Assembly (NCBI GenBank): GCA_049510745.1
Contig: JBEKYR010000034.1
Coordinates: 1-56,953, forward strand
Length of the DNA: 56,953 nt
Direction of reading: 5' to 3'
Source of the DNA: Verrucomicrobiota bacterium
GTDB lineage: Bacteria; Verrucomicrobiota; Verrucomicrobiia; Limisphaerales; Palsa-1400
Every line of letters starts with the position of its first letter. The stretch's first letter is position 1. Below the pieces are notes generated by a model that saw only the letters and a program-made list of their open reading frames with translations, was not told where the DNA came from and did not search any database. Below are positions 1 to 10,572 of this stretch, piece by piece. A program made the position numbers and the translations under genes.

Positions 1-2
1 GC

Positions 3-3000
3 GAAGGGGCGACCAACGCGCTGATTACGATCATCCGCACCAATGGCAACCTTGGAAACGTCTCGGTGACCCTGACGACCTCCAACGGCACGGCTGTGGC
101 CGGTGTCAACTACGGCAGCGTCAACACCCTCGTGCAGTTTAGCGGCGGCGTCAACAGCAACACGGTTGAAATCCCGATCTACCAGTTGACCAACGCCGGT
201 CCGGACACGACGGTCCTTCTGACCCTCTCCAATCCGCAAAACGGCGCGACCATTGGCGGCCTGACGCAGGAGACGTTGACCATCCAGAACGACATCGCCT
301 CTTTCAGTTTTGTCAAATCCAGTTATCTTGTGGGCGAAGGCGACGGCGCCGTGACCATCTTCATCTTGCGCGCCGGTCTGACCAATTCCAGCGCGACGGT
401 TGGTTACACGACCTATTCTCCCGCCAATGCCAATGACACCAACGGCTTCGCCGTGCCCAATGTGGATTACATTCCCGCTTCCGGCACCTTGACTTTCGTG
501 CCGGGAGAAACGCTGCAAACCATCCCGATTACCATCCTGCAAGGCCACGCGGTCAACGGCTTGGAGACTTTCCAGGTCCTCCTGCAGAATCCCAGCCCGG
601 GCTTTCAGATCGGCGCTCCCGGCACGACCAGCGTTGGCATTGAGAGCGACGTGAGCGGATTTGCCCTGTCCACCAATGCCTATTACGTCGGCGAGAACGG
701 CAGCAACATCGTGATCACCGTCACTCGCCTCAATCCCAATACGGGTTCCAATTCCGTCCAGTTCGCCACCAGCGACGGCACCGCCACCCACGGGGTGGAT
801 TACCTGGCGACCAGCGGGGTGCTCAATTTCCTGGACGGCCAGGCCAGCAGCTTTTTCGTCGTGACGATTCTCAATCCGAACGTGGTCGAGAGCAACAAGA
901 CCTTCAATGTCACCTTGTCCAGTCCCTCGACCAATTCCTACCTCGTCTCGCCCACCAACGCGGTGGTCACCATCACCAACGTGTACACCGGCGTCGCCTT
1001 TGGCAGCGCCAGCTTCACGATCAGCGAATGCGGCGTGGCGGCCACCATTCCCGTGGTCCGGACCGGCCTGACCAACAGCGCGGTCAGCGTCGATTTCGCC
1101 ACGTCGGACGGATCGGGCGTCGCCGGCACGAATTATTTTGCCACCAACGCCACGCTCAACTTCCAGCCGGGCCAGACGGTCGCGAGCTTCTCTGTTCAAG
1201 TCATCAACAATCACGTCATCGGCCCGGACCACACCGTGAATCTGAATTTGTCCAACCCGCTTGGCACGCAGTTGCTCAATCCCAGCACCGCGCTTCTGAC
1301 CATCCAAGAGTGCAACGGGGCCTTTATCGTGAAGTCGGGCACTTCGTTCCAGACCGGGTCCATTCTGCCCGGCACCGGGGTGGTTTATCCCAATGACACA
1401 GTGACGATCTCCTTCGGCCTGAGGGACATTGCGGGCGGCGGCACCACCAACCTGGTCGCCACCATGTTGGCGACCAACGGGGTCACCAATGTGGTCGCTC
1501 CCGCAACCTACGGAAAGCTCGATCAAAACGGTCCAACCGTGGCGCGGCCCTTTACCTTCACCGCCATCGGCACCAACGGCCAGAATATCACGGCCACCAT
1601 GTCCTTGCAGGACGGCACGGCCAATTTGGGCCAGGTGGCGTTTGGTTTTACCTTGGGCGGCTTCGTCACCTCGCTCACCAACTCCGAGCCGATCACGATT
1701 CTGGACAGCGCCAATCCGCCGACGCGGGCGACCAACGCGTTTGCGCCGGGCTTCGGCTACCCTTCCATCATCACGGCCGCCGGCATTCCGGGCGTCGTGA
1801 CCAAAGTGACCGTGACCTTGGCTAACTTCGGCCACCAGTTCCCCCACGATGTGGATACTTTGCTCTCCTCGCCCGGCGGCCAGAGTTCGGTTCTGATGTC
1901 CAAATGCGGCCTCGGCTTCAGCGTGTCAAACGTCACGCTGACCTTCGATCAGTCGGCCGGCGGTTACGTGCCGCTGACCAATGCCATCACCAACGGGACC
2001 TATCTGCCCACGACCAATAGCGCCAATGTCATGGCGGAATTGCCGACCGTGCCGTTGGGCGAGCAGGGGGTTCCGCCGGCGCCAATAGCTCCCTACAGCG
2101 CCAACCTCTCCGCCTTTGTCGGCGGCCAGGCCAACGGCACTTGGGCGCTGTGGATCGTGGACACGGTGACGCTCGACTCCGGCGTCATTAGCAACGGTTG
2201 GATTCTGAATATCAGCAGCGGCGCCGCAGTCGAGGCAGACTCCGATCTCGAGTTGGCCGTGTCTCCGACGCCCATCGCCGCCACCATCAGCAATGTGCTG
2301 ACCTATGCCATCACCGTCACCAATTTCGGCCCGTCTCCCGCGACCAATGTCGTTCTGAACGACACGCTCCCGGCGGGTGTGATCTATGTGACCAACACTT
2401 GCAATTGCGCCACCAGCACCAATGGCGGGCTTACCTTCACTTTGCCTACGCTGGCCGTCGGCGCGGGCGCGGCCTTTAACGTTGTGGTCATGCCCACCAA
2501 CCTGGGCTACATCACCAACATTGTCACCGCCCTGGCCAATCAACCCGATCCCAACTCCAACAATGTCGTTGCCACCCTCAGTTTGGTCGGCCCGCCCAGT
2601 GCCGACCTGGGGGTGAACATGTACGGAAGCCCCAATCCCGCTCTGGCCGGAGGCGATGTGACTTACATCATCACTGTGACCAACGGCGGGCCTTCGACGG
2701 CCACCGACGTGACGGCCACCGACGTGCTGCCGGCGGGGTTTGCGCTGTTGTCCATGTCGGCTTCGACCGGCACCTCCACCAACAGCAGCGGCACGATTAC
2801 TTGGAACATTGGCGACCTCATCGCCAGTCCGGGCGGCACGGGGCCGACCTTGACCCTTGTGACAAAGCCTATGCTGGCGGAAATCGGGTTGAACCAAGTG
2901 ACCGTCGGTTCCTCGGTCTATGATCCCTCCAAGCTGAACAATTATGCGGCGGTCAAGATCGAGGTGGATGAGTTTTCCGTCGTCGGCTCTGGTACGAATT

Positions 3001-3185
3001 ATTCATTGACCTGGCCGGCGGCCTTCACCAACTACGTGTTGCAGGGCGCGGTCGTTCTGCAGCAGCAGAATACTTCCTGGACCACCATTACTCCCGCTCC
3101 GCCGGTGACCAACGGGCAATACGTTTATACCTTGCCGGGGACCAGTGGTTATCACTTCTTCCAGCTGAAAGCGCCACTGCCGTGA
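3..3185 (+). CDS. Large surface protein, 5'-partial: Calx-beta repeats, proprotein-convertase P-like domain, DUF11 repeats, C-terminal putative sorting module
   Basis: Frame is open from window start (EGATNALITIIRTNG...). Repeated Calx-beta motifs (FATSDGTATHGVDY...G.LNF..G), a P-domain-like segment (VTVTL..FGH.FPHDV..LL.SP.G...NGTWALWIVD) and DUF11 motifs (DL.....P.P....LTY.ITVTN.GPS.AT.V...D.LP). Confidence 0.85.
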   Translation, partial: EGATNALITIIRTNGNLGNVSVTLTTSNGTAVAGVNYGSVNTLVQFSGGVNSNTVEIPIYQLTNAGPDTTVLLTLSNPQNGATIGGLTQETLTIQNDIASFSFVKSSYLVGEGDGAVTIFILRAGLTNSSATVGYTTYSPANANDTNGFAVPNVDYIPASGTLTFVPGETLQTIPITILQGHAVNGLETFQVLLQNPSPGFQIGAPGTTSVGIESDVSGFALSTNAYYVGENGSNIVITVTRLNPNTGSNSVQFATSDGTATHGVDYLATSGVLNFLDGQASSFFVVTILNPNVVESNKTFNVTLSSPSTNSYLVSPTNAVVTITNVYTGVAFGSASFTISECGVAATIPVVRTGLTNSAVSVDFATSDGSGVAGTNYFATNATLNFQPGQTVASFSVQVINNHVIGPDHTVNLNLSNPLGTQLLNPSTALLTIQECNGAFIVKSGTSFQTGSILPGTGVVYPNDTVTISFGLRDIAGGGTTNLVATMLATNGVTNVVAPATYGKLDQNGPTVARPFTFTAIGTNGQNITATMSLQDGTANLGQVAFGFTLGGFVTSLTNSEPITILDSANPPTRATNAFAPGFGYPSIITAAGIPGVVTKVTVTLANFGHQFPHDVDTLLSSPGGQSSVLMSKCGLGFSVSNVTLTFDQSAGGYVPLTNAITNGTYLPTTNSANVMAELPTVPLGEQGVPPAPIAPYSANLSAFVGGQANGTWALWIVDTVTLDSGVISNGWILNISSGAAVEADSDLELAVSPTPIAATISNVLTYAITVTNFGPSPATNVVLNDTLPAGVIYVTNTCNCATSTNGGLTFTLPTLAVGAGAAFNVVVMPTNLGYITNIVTALANQPDPNSNNVVATLSLVGPPSADLGVNMYGSPNPALAGGDVTYIITVTNGGPSTATDVTATDVLPAGFALLSMSASTGTSTNSSGTITWNIGDLIASPGGTGPTLTLVTKPMLAEIGLNQVTVGSSVYDPSKLNNYAAVKIEVDEFSVVGSGTNYSLTWPAAFTNYVLQGAVVLQQQNTSWTTITPAPPVTNGQYVYTLPGTSGYHFFQLKAPLP

Positions 3186-3199
3186 TTGGAGCACTCACC

Positions 3200-6100
3200 A
3201 TGAAAAGACGTTTTGATCGCCTGCGTTTCGCGGCCCTGGCTGCGGCCTGCGCCGTCCTATGCCTTCTGTGCCTGCCGGCGGCCCGCGCCGCCCAACCGCA
3301 GGTCCTGACCCATCACGTGCCGGCAGCGGTGACGGCCATGAATTTGCAGCCCACAGGCGCCCCCGCCGATTCAACGCGTCTGAAGCTGGCCATCAGCCTG
3401 CCCCTGCGCGACCACGCGGGCCTGGATGCCTTCCTCCAACAGGTTTATGACCCGGCCAGCCCCAACTACCGCCATTACCTGACGACCGCCCAATTCACCG
3501 GGCAGTTCGGCCCCAGCGCCGACGATTATGAGGCCCTGCGCGACTTTGCCAGGACCAACGGGTTGATCGAGACCGGGACCCATCCCAACCGCATGTTGCT
3601 CGATGTCGAGGCTTCGGTCGCCGACATCCACAGGGTTTTCCATGTCCAAATCCGCACCTACAATCATCCGACCGAGTCGCGGTCATTCTACGCGCCCGAA
3701 AAAGAACCGTCGCTGGACCTGGCTGTGCCGGTATTGCACATCAGCGGATTGGATAACTATGTGATACCGCGTCCAGTCAGCCTCAGGCGAGCCATGCCCG
3801 CGGACGGCGCTCCGCTCAACGGCTCGGGGCCGGGCGGCACTTTTCTCGGATACGATTTTCGCAATGCCTACGCGCCGGGAGTTGCATTGAAAGGGGCGGG
3901 GCAAAACGTCGCACTCCTCGAGTTTGACGGTTACTTCCCCACCGACATCGCCGCCTATGAGTCGCTGGCCGGGTTGCCGAACGTGACGCTGACCAATGTT
4001 CCCGTCGATGGGGGCGTCGGCACTCCGGGAGGCGGCGTTGACGAAGTGTCGCTGGATATCGAAATGGTCATTTCCATGGCGCCGGGGATTTCTAAGCTCT
4101 TCGTTTACGAGGCTCCCAACGGATCCCCCAGCGACGACATTATTAACCGCATCGCCACGGACAATTCGTCCAGCCAGATCAGTTCCTCATGGGGGTTTGA
4201 CAGCGACACCGCCACCACCGAACAAATTTTCAAGGAATTTGCCGCGCAGGGACAATCCTTTTTCCAGGCTTCGGGCGACAGCGATGCTTATGTCGGACCC
4301 ATCGCGCCGCCGGAAGACGATCCCTACATCACGCTGGTGGGCGGAACGACGCTGACGATGAACGGGACCGGGTCTTCCTATTCTTCTGAAACGGTGTGGA
4401 ATTATGGTTACCAACCACCGGGAGGGGCGCCTCAGTTTAACAACTATGCGGGAAGCGGCGGCGGGATCAGCACCATTTTCTCCATTCCAAGCTGGCAGCA
4501 AGGCATCGACATGTCCAAAAACCAGGGTTCCACGACCATGCGCAATCTTCCGGACGTGGCCCTGACGGCGGACAACATTTATGTCATTTCCGATCAGGGG
4601 CAGCCCGTTCCCTCCGCAGGGACCAGTTGCGCCGCCCCGCTTTGGGCCGGCTTCATCGCTCTGGTCAATGAGCAGGCCCGCACTTACCAACTGGCCCCGG
4701 CCGGGTTTATCAACCCCGCCGTCTATGCCATCGGCAAAGGCCCGAACTATAATAGTTGTTTCCACGATACCACGACGGGCAACAATACGACCAGCCTCAG
4801 CCCGAACAAGTTCTACGCCACTCTGGGCTATGATCTCTGCACCGGCTGGGGCACGCCGACGGGGAGCAACCTGATCAACACCCTGGCCTCGCCCATCCCG
4901 ACGCCGATTCTGCTCGTGGTCACCAATATAATCTCCGGCGGCAACGGCAACGGCATCATCGATTACGACGAATGCAACAATTTGACCGTTGTCTTGACCA
5001 ACCAGGGCAACGGCACGGCCACGGGCATCACGGGCACGCTGGTTTCCGCCACCCCGGGCGTCATTGTCGCCCAACCCAGCACGACCTTTCCCAATTTGGT
5101 TCCCGGAGGCTCCGGCAGTTCCAGCCCGGCGTTCATTATCAGCACGGAGCCTGATTTTGTTTGCGGGACTCCCGTGAATTTGACCCTGGTGATCAAATCC
5201 GGCCAGGGGGTGCAAACGAATTATCTCCAACTTCCTTCGGGCCTTCTCGGCTCGCCGGATTCGTTCACCAACTCGCTGCCCATGAGCGTTCCGACGACCA
5301 ATTTCACCGGCATCTTCTCGCCCGTCGTGGTCGGCGGATTGCAGAACAGCTCCGTTGGAAAACTCACCGTCTCGGTTTACCTCGCGGCCCTCTACGATGC
5401 CGGCATGATTCTGGAATTGATCAGCCCCAATGGAACCTCCGTCATCCTTTCGGAAAACAACGGCGGTTTGTCCTCCGGTTACGGCACCGGCTGTTCCTCC
5501 CCCTTGGAAACAACGTTTGACGACGCCGCGACAACGCCCATTACCCAGGGCTTGCCCCCCTATGCCGGCAGTTTCCAGCCGCAGCAGCCGCTGTCCGTTT
5601 TCGACTTTGCCAGCGGAACCAACCTCAACGGGGTCTGGCTGCTCAATGTGGTGGACGAATTTCCGGGCGACACCGCGGTGCTCGAATGCTGGAGCCTGAA
5701 CATTTCCCCTTACATCTGCCAGGATGGCGGCGGCGAATGTCCCGGCTCGGACCTCTCTCTGGCGATGTCGGTCAACCCCAGCACCGTTTTGGTGGACAGT
5801 AACATGGTTTACAACCTGACCGTCTCCAATGCCGGACCCAGCACGGCGAGAAACGTCGCCATCAGCCAAATCCTGCCTGCCGGGGTGGGTTTTGTCACCG
5901 TCTCCAATTATCCGGTTACTGTCAGCCAGGCCGGTTCCAATCTCAATCTGACGCTTGGCACCATTCCGGTCTATGGCACGGCCTTGGTGTGCGTTGTCAC
6001 CGTTCCCACTATTCCCGGACTGGCCACCAGCGTCGCCACCGTCGGTTCGCCCGCCTCTGACCCAAATCCCAATAACAATACCGCGTCCGCAACGGCGCTG

Positions 6101-9100
6101 GTCACGGTGCCGGGCGCGGACCTGGCGGTCACCATGACGGCGGCGCCGGCGTTTGTCCTGCAAGGAGGGCCGCTGACTTATACCATCTCCGTGACGAACA
6201 ACGGGCCGTTCCCGGCGCAGGGGGTGGTCTTGAACAACAGCCTTCCGCCTAATGTGAATCTCATTTCCGCCACCACCACCCAGGGGGTCATCTCCGCGGG
6301 CGCGGCGACGGTCCAGATTGGGGATCTTGGCTTGGGCGTCAACGTCGTTGTCACCCTGGTGGTCAGCCCTACCACGACTGGCAACCTGACCGCCAGCACC
6401 CAGGTCACGCTCAGTCCCGCGGAAACGGATCCGATCTCCTTCAACAACTCCGCCTCCGTTACCGTAACGGTCGGCCCGTCGGCGGACCTGGGGGTTTCGG
6501 CCGTGGCCATACCAAGCACCGTGTTGTCCGGCAGCGATTTCACGTGCGTGGCGACAGTGTTCAACAACGGCCCCAGCCCCGCCAGCGGCGTTGTGTTCAG
6601 CCAGACGGTTCCGTCGGGGGCGTCCTTTGTTTCCAGCAGCCAGGCCGGCGTGGTTTTGACCAACGGGGTGATTACCTGGAACATCGGGTCCATGAGCAGC
6701 GGCGCCAGCTTTGTCATTTCCAACGTGCTCAAGGCCCCCACGCTCCTGTCTGGAGTGCAATCGAATTTGCTCTCCTCCACCCTGTCGATTTTTGGCCAGC
6801 CGGGTGACGCGCTGACCAACAACAACATCGTTGTTCTCCAGGCCTTGGTGGAACCGCCCACCGTCACCATTGTGCCCGCTGGGGCCGCGTTGGTCCTGCC
6901 GACCAATGGCAATGGTTCAGTCAATCCAAACGAAGCGGTGGAGGTCCAGTTGAATTTGCAGAATACCGGCAATATCTCCACCACCAACCTGGTGGCGGCG
7001 CTCCAGGCTGGCGGCGGGGTGACGCTGCCCAGCGCTGCCCAGGCCTACGGCGCCTTGGCCCCCGTCGGGGCCGGCGGAGTTGCCGTCGGCCGCTTGTTCT
7101 CCTTCACGGCCAACAGCACCAACGGCGGCACGGTGGTCGCGACTTTGCAGTTGCAAGACGGCTCCGCCAACCTCGGCTCGGTCACCTTTGCCTTTTTCAT
7201 GCCGGTGGTGGCCACGTTCTGGAACACCAACGAAATCGATGTTCCCAACAAGGTCGCCGTCCCGCAACCCGATAGCGGGCCTGCCAATCCCTATCCCTCG
7301 ACCATTACGGTGTCCAACGTCAACGGGCTGGTCTCGACCGTGACCGTCACCATCTCGAACATGACTCACAGTTACCCCCATGACGTCGGCATGATGCTCA
7401 TTGGCCCATCGGGGCTGGCCTCGGCCCTGATGGTCAACGCCGCCGCCTATTCCTCCATGTCGGGGGTGACTTTTACGTTCGACCCGACCGCCTCGGTGCC
7501 TCTTCCGAGCGATGGTTACATTGTTTCCGGCACCTACCTGCCGGAGGATTACAACCCTTCCTTTATTTTCACCAACAGTTTCACCAACGGGCTCTTTGCC
7601 TCTGTATTCCCCAACAGTGCCACCAACCCGCCCCTCCCGGTGGTCGGGACCAACCTGACGGGCTTCGACGGGCTGTCCCCAAATGGGACTTGGTCGCTCT
7701 ACGTCTATGACGCCACCAACGGGGATGCCGGCGGCATTTCCAACGGCTGGGGTCTGACCATCACCACCATCACTCCGGTGAACCCGGTTTCCGATCTGGC
7801 GGCGGGCATCGTCGCTTCCACCAATCAAGTCATCGTGGGCAACACGGTCACTTACGTGCTTAGTGTGACCAACGACAGCACCACCAACGCCATCACGGCC
7901 TATCTGACCAATGTCCTTTCCCCGGGGCTGACCTTTGTTTCTTCCTCATTTCCGCCGGGCGCTTACACGGTCAATGGCCAGACGATCCTCTTCAGTCTCG
8001 GAAACTTGAACCCGGGCGCCGGGTTGACGATTACCAACGTGGTGATGGCCGCCGTCGGAGGCCTGCAAACCAACACGATTTCCGCCGGCTCCGGGTTGCC
8101 GGCCGGAAACGCCGGCAACAACGTGGCCAGCGTCGTGACAACCGTGAACATGCCCTACGCCGACGTGGGGGCCTTCATTTCCGTGCCGACCAATCCGGTG
8201 GTCGTGACCAGCAATTTGGTTTACACGCTCATCGTCACCAATTACGGCCCCAGCAACGCCACCGGTGTGGTTGGCACCTTCCTGTTGGATGGCCTCAATC
8301 TGCTGGCCTATCCGGGTAATGCCGTCAGCAACAACGGCAACGTTACCATCACTTTCGACACCCCCATCGCCGCCGGCAACATCGCTTCCGCGGTCATCAC
8401 CACGGCGCCTCCGAGCGTCGTCACCCTGACCAATGTTTGGAGTGTTGCCACCAGCGCCAACGACACGAACAAGGCCAACAATTCCGCCACCAACATCGTC
8501 AAAGTCACCTATCCGCTCCCGATCATCGCGGCGGGCGGCGCTACTTTGTTGACGCAGAACACGGCCAGGCCCAACGGCGCGATCAATTCCGGCGAAACGG
8601 TCACGGTCGCCTTGACCCTCAACAACATCGGCGCCGGGCCGACGACGAACCTCGTCGCCACTCTTCAAACCAACGGCGGCGTCACGCCGGGAGCGCTTGC
8701 CCAGCAAACCTACGGCGTCATCCCGCCGGGCGGCGCCGGCGCGCAATCGTTCACTTTCAGCGCCAGCGGCGCTCCGGGCGCCGCGGTCACGGCGACGTTG
8801 TCCCTGGCGGACGGCGCCTACGCGTTGGGGAGCGTTTCCTATGTGTTCTTCCTGCCTGTCACAACGAATTATTCCAGTTCCAGCGGCGCCATCATCATCC
8901 CGGATTTCGGGCCGGGGACCCCCTATCCGTCGCAAATCCAGGTTGGCTCGCTGACGGGATTGGTCAGCAAAGTGACCGCCACGCTCAACGGTTTTACGCA
9001 CACCTTCCCGCATGATGTCAGTGTCTTGCTGGCCAGCCCGTCCGGACAAGAGTTGCTTTTGATGAGCCACTGCGGCGGGCCATACAGCGTGACCAATCTG

Positions 9101-9958
9101 ATCCTCACTTTCGATGACGCCGCCACCCAGTCGTTGCCGGAAACCCGAATGACTTCCGGCACGAACCTGCCCACGGTGGTGTCGGCCTTCACCGGGTTCC
9201 CCGGCCTGCCGGCTCCCTCGACGGCGACGGCGCTGGCGCTTTTCAACGGGACGAATCCGAACGGGTACTGGTCGCTCTATGTCTATGACGATACACCCGG
9301 CAACGACGGCGTCATTACCAGCGGCTGGAGCCTCGGACTGACGACGGTCAACACGGTCAACCCGGCCGCGCGGCTTAAAACGGGCATGATTCACGCCCCG
9401 GACCCTGCTTACGTGGGCGATTATCTGACCTACCTGATAACGGTGACGAACCTGGGGCCGAGCAACGCGGCCAGCGTGGTCATCTCCAACACGCTTCCGG
9501 CCGCGCTGGCGTTTTCTTCCGCCGCCGTTCCCAATGGCAGCGCCTCCTATGACGCCGCCAGCGCCACCGTCCTGTGCAATCTGGGCAACATCGCCGCCGG
9601 CGCCACCGCCTCGGCCACCATCGAGGTCATTCCCCGCCTGACCGGCGCCATTGTCAACACCGCCAGCGCCAGCACCGCGAGCACCGACCTTTACCCGGCG
9701 GATGGCGTGGCCTCCAACGTGACCGCGGTGGACGAACCCAGGCCGTTCTTCCTGTCTGCTTCCGTGACGGCGTCCGGGGTGCAGTTGACGTTCCAGGGGC
9801 AGCCCAACCAGTACTACGCCATCCAGGTTTCGACCGACCTCCTCTCCTGGATCACTGTCAACAGCAACGAGTCGGCGCTCGACGGCACGTTCAGCTACAC
9901 CGATTCGCTCACCAACGGTCCCGCTCGCTTCTATCGGGTCCGGCAGTTGGCCCAGTAA
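3200..9958 (+). CDS. Secreted S53 (sedolisin/kumamolisin-like) serine peptidase with prodomain, three P-like domains and multiple DUF11 repeats
   Basis: Signal peptide, activation prodomain (DPASPNYRHYLT..QF...FGP), catalytic motifs EVSLD, SGDS, GTSCAAPLWAG and Ca-site GYDLCTGWGTP, then Ig-like repeats. ATG at 3200 preferred over GTG at 3182. Confidence 0.9.
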   Translation: MKRRFDRLRFAALAAACAVLCLLCLPAARAAQPQVLTHHVPAAVTAMNLQPTGAPADSTRLKLAISLPLRDHAGLDAFLQQVYDPASPNYRHYLTTAQFTGQFGPSADDYEALRDFARTNGLIETGTHPNRMLLDVEASVADIHRVFHVQIRTYNHPTESRSFYAPEKEPSLDLAVPVLHISGLDNYVIPRPVSLRRAMPADGAPLNGSGPGGTFLGYDFRNAYAPGVALKGAGQNVALLEFDGYFPTDIAAYESLAGLPNVTLTNVPVDGGVGTPGGGVDEVSLDIEMVISMAPGISKLFVYEAPNGSPSDDIINRIATDNSSSQISSSWGFDSDTATTEQIFKEFAAQGQSFFQASGDSDAYVGPIAPPEDDPYITLVGGTTLTMNGTGSSYSSETVWNYGYQPPGGAPQFNNYAGSGGGISTIFSIPSWQQGIDMSKNQGSTTMRNLPDVALTADNIYVISDQGQPVPSAGTSCAAPLWAGFIALVNEQARTYQLAPAGFINPAVYAIGKGPNYNSCFHDTTTGNNTTSLSPNKFYATLGYDLCTGWGTPTGSNLINTLASPIPTPILLVVTNIISGGNGNGIIDYDECNNLTVVLTNQGNGTATGITGTLVSATPGVIVAQPSTTFPNLVPGGSGSSSPAFIISTEPDFVCGTPVNLTLVIKSGQGVQTNYLQLPSGLLGSPDSFTNSLPMSVPTTNFTGIFSPVVVGGLQNSSVGKLTVSVYLAALYDAGMILELISPNGTSVILSENNGGLSSGYGTGCSSPLETTFDDAATTPITQGLPPYAGSFQPQQPLSVFDFASGTNLNGVWLLNVVDEFPGDTAVLECWSLNISPYICQDGGGECPGSDLSLAMSVNPSTVLVDSNMVYNLTVSNAGPSTARNVAISQILPAGVGFVTVSNYPVTVSQAGSNLNLTLGTIPVYGTALVCVVTVPTIPGLATSVATVGSPASDPNPNNNTASATALVTVPGADLAVTMTAAPAFVLQGGPLTYTISVTNNGPFPAQGVVLNNSLPPNVNLISATTTQGVISAGAATVQIGDLGLGVNVVVTLVVSPTTTGNLTASTQVTLSPAETDPISFNNSASVTVTVGPSADLGVSAVAIPSTVLSGSDFTCVATVFNNGPSPASGVVFSQTVPSGASFVSSSQAGVVLTNGVITWNIGSMSSGASFVISNVLKAPTLLSGVQSNLLSSTLSIFGQPGDALTNNNIVVLQALVEPPTVTIVPAGAALVLPTNGNGSVNPNEAVEVQLNLQNTGNISTTNLVAALQAGGGVTLPSAAQAYGALAPVGAGGVAVGRLFSFTANSTNGGTVVATLQLQDGSANLGSVTFAFFMPVVATFWNTNEIDVPNKVAVPQPDSGPANPYPSTITVSNVNGLVSTVTVTISNMTHSYPHDVGMMLIGPSGLASALMVNAAAYSSMSGVTFTFDPTASVPLPSDGYIVSGTYLPEDYNPSFIFTNSFTNGLFASVFPNSATNPPLPVVGTNLTGFDGLSPNGTWSLYVYDATNGDAGGISNGWGLTITTITPVNPVSDLAAGIVASTNQVIVGNTVTYVLSVTNDSTTNAITAYLTNVLSPGLTFVSSSFPPGAYTVNGQTILFSLGNLNPGAGLTITNVVMAAVGGLQTNTISAGSGLPAGNAGNNVASVVTTVNMPYADVGAFISVPTNPVVVTSNLVYTLIVTNYGPSNATGVVGTFLLDGLNLLAYPGNAVSNNGNVTITFDTPIAAGNIASAVITTAPPSVVTLTNVWSVATSANDTNKANNSATNIVKVTYPLPIIAAGGATLLTQNTARPNGAINSGETVTVALTLNNIGAGPTTNLVATLQTNGGVTPGALAQQTYGVIPPGGAGAQSFTFSASGAPGAAVTATLSLADGAYALGSVSYVFFLPVTTNYSSSSGAIIIPDFGPGTPYPSQIQVGSLTGLVSKVTATLNGFTHTFPHDVSVLLASPSGQELLLMSHCGGPYSVTNLILTFDDAATQSLPETRMTSGTNLPTVVSAFTGFPGLPAPSTATALALFNGTNPNGYWSLYVYDDTPGNDGVITSGWSLGLTTVNTVNPAARLKTGMIHAPDPAYVGDYLTYLITVTNLGPSNAASVVISNTLPAALAFSSAAVPNGSASYDAASATVLCNLGNIAAGATASATIEVIPRLTGAIVNTASASTASTDLYPADGVASNVTAVDEPRPFFLSASVTASGVQLTFQGQPNQYYAIQVSTDLLSWITVNSNESALDGTFSYTDSLTNGPARFYRVRQLAQ

Positions 9959-9975
9959 CCCCTGCCCGCTGCCGG

Positions 9976-10566
9976 ATGAAGCTCTTCGGCATCACGGGCG
10001 GCGTGGGCATGGGCAAATCCACCGCCGGCCAACTGCTCGCCCAGCGCGGCGTCGCGGTGTCCGACACCGACACGCTCGCCCGCCAACTGGTTGAGCCGGG
10101 ACAGCCCGCCTTGAGCGCAATCGTCCAAAGGTTTGGCCCTTCCCTCCTCTCCGCCGACGGCCGGCTCAATCGCAGGGAATTGGGCCGCCTGGTCTTTGCC
10201 GACGCGGCGGCGCGCGCGGACCTCGAAGCCATTCTCCATCCGCGCATCCGGTCCGCCTGGGAGGCGGAAGCCGATCGCTGGCGGGCGGCTGGCCGCGCCT
10301 GCGGCGCGGTGGTCATACCGTTGCTCTTTGAAACCCAGGCCGCGGCGCTGTTTGACGCCGTGATATGCGTGGCCTGCTCCGAGGCCTCCCGCTGGCAGCG
10401 GCTGCGTCAGCGCGGCTGGAGCCACGTGGAAATCAGGCAGCGTCTGGAAGCGCAATGGCCCACCGAACAAAAGATAGCCCGCTCCGATTTTGTCGTCTGG
10501 ACCGATACCACCCTCGCCGCCCACGCCGCCCAACTGGAGCGAATCCTCGTGGCCCGGCAAGTCTAA
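9976..10566 (+). CDS. coaE: Dephospho-CoA kinase
   Basis: GITGGVGMGKST P-loop, LNRRELGRLVF, LEAILHPRI, IPLLFE; start MKLFG at 9976. Confidence 0.95.
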   Translation: MKLFGITGGVGMGKSTAGQLLAQRGVAVSDTDTLARQLVEPGQPALSAIVQRFGPSLLSADGRLNRRELGRLVFADAAARADLEAILHPRIRSAWEAEADRWRAAGRACGAVVIPLLFETQAAALFDAVICVACSEASRWQRLRQRGWSHVEIRQRLEAQWPTEQKIARSDFVVWTDTTLAAHAAQLERILVARQV

Positions 10567-10572
10567 TAGGTG

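Noticed and set aside
4187..9394. Long antisense ORFs (857, 482, 303 aa) and similar shadows opposite hflX, GH42, the porin and the MgtE-like gene
   Set aside because: Expected shadows of GC-rich codon usage, with no recognisable domains.
9574..9975. N-terminal extension of coaE in the ORF track
   Set aside because: It overlaps the protease gene in another frame; homology starts at ATG 9976.
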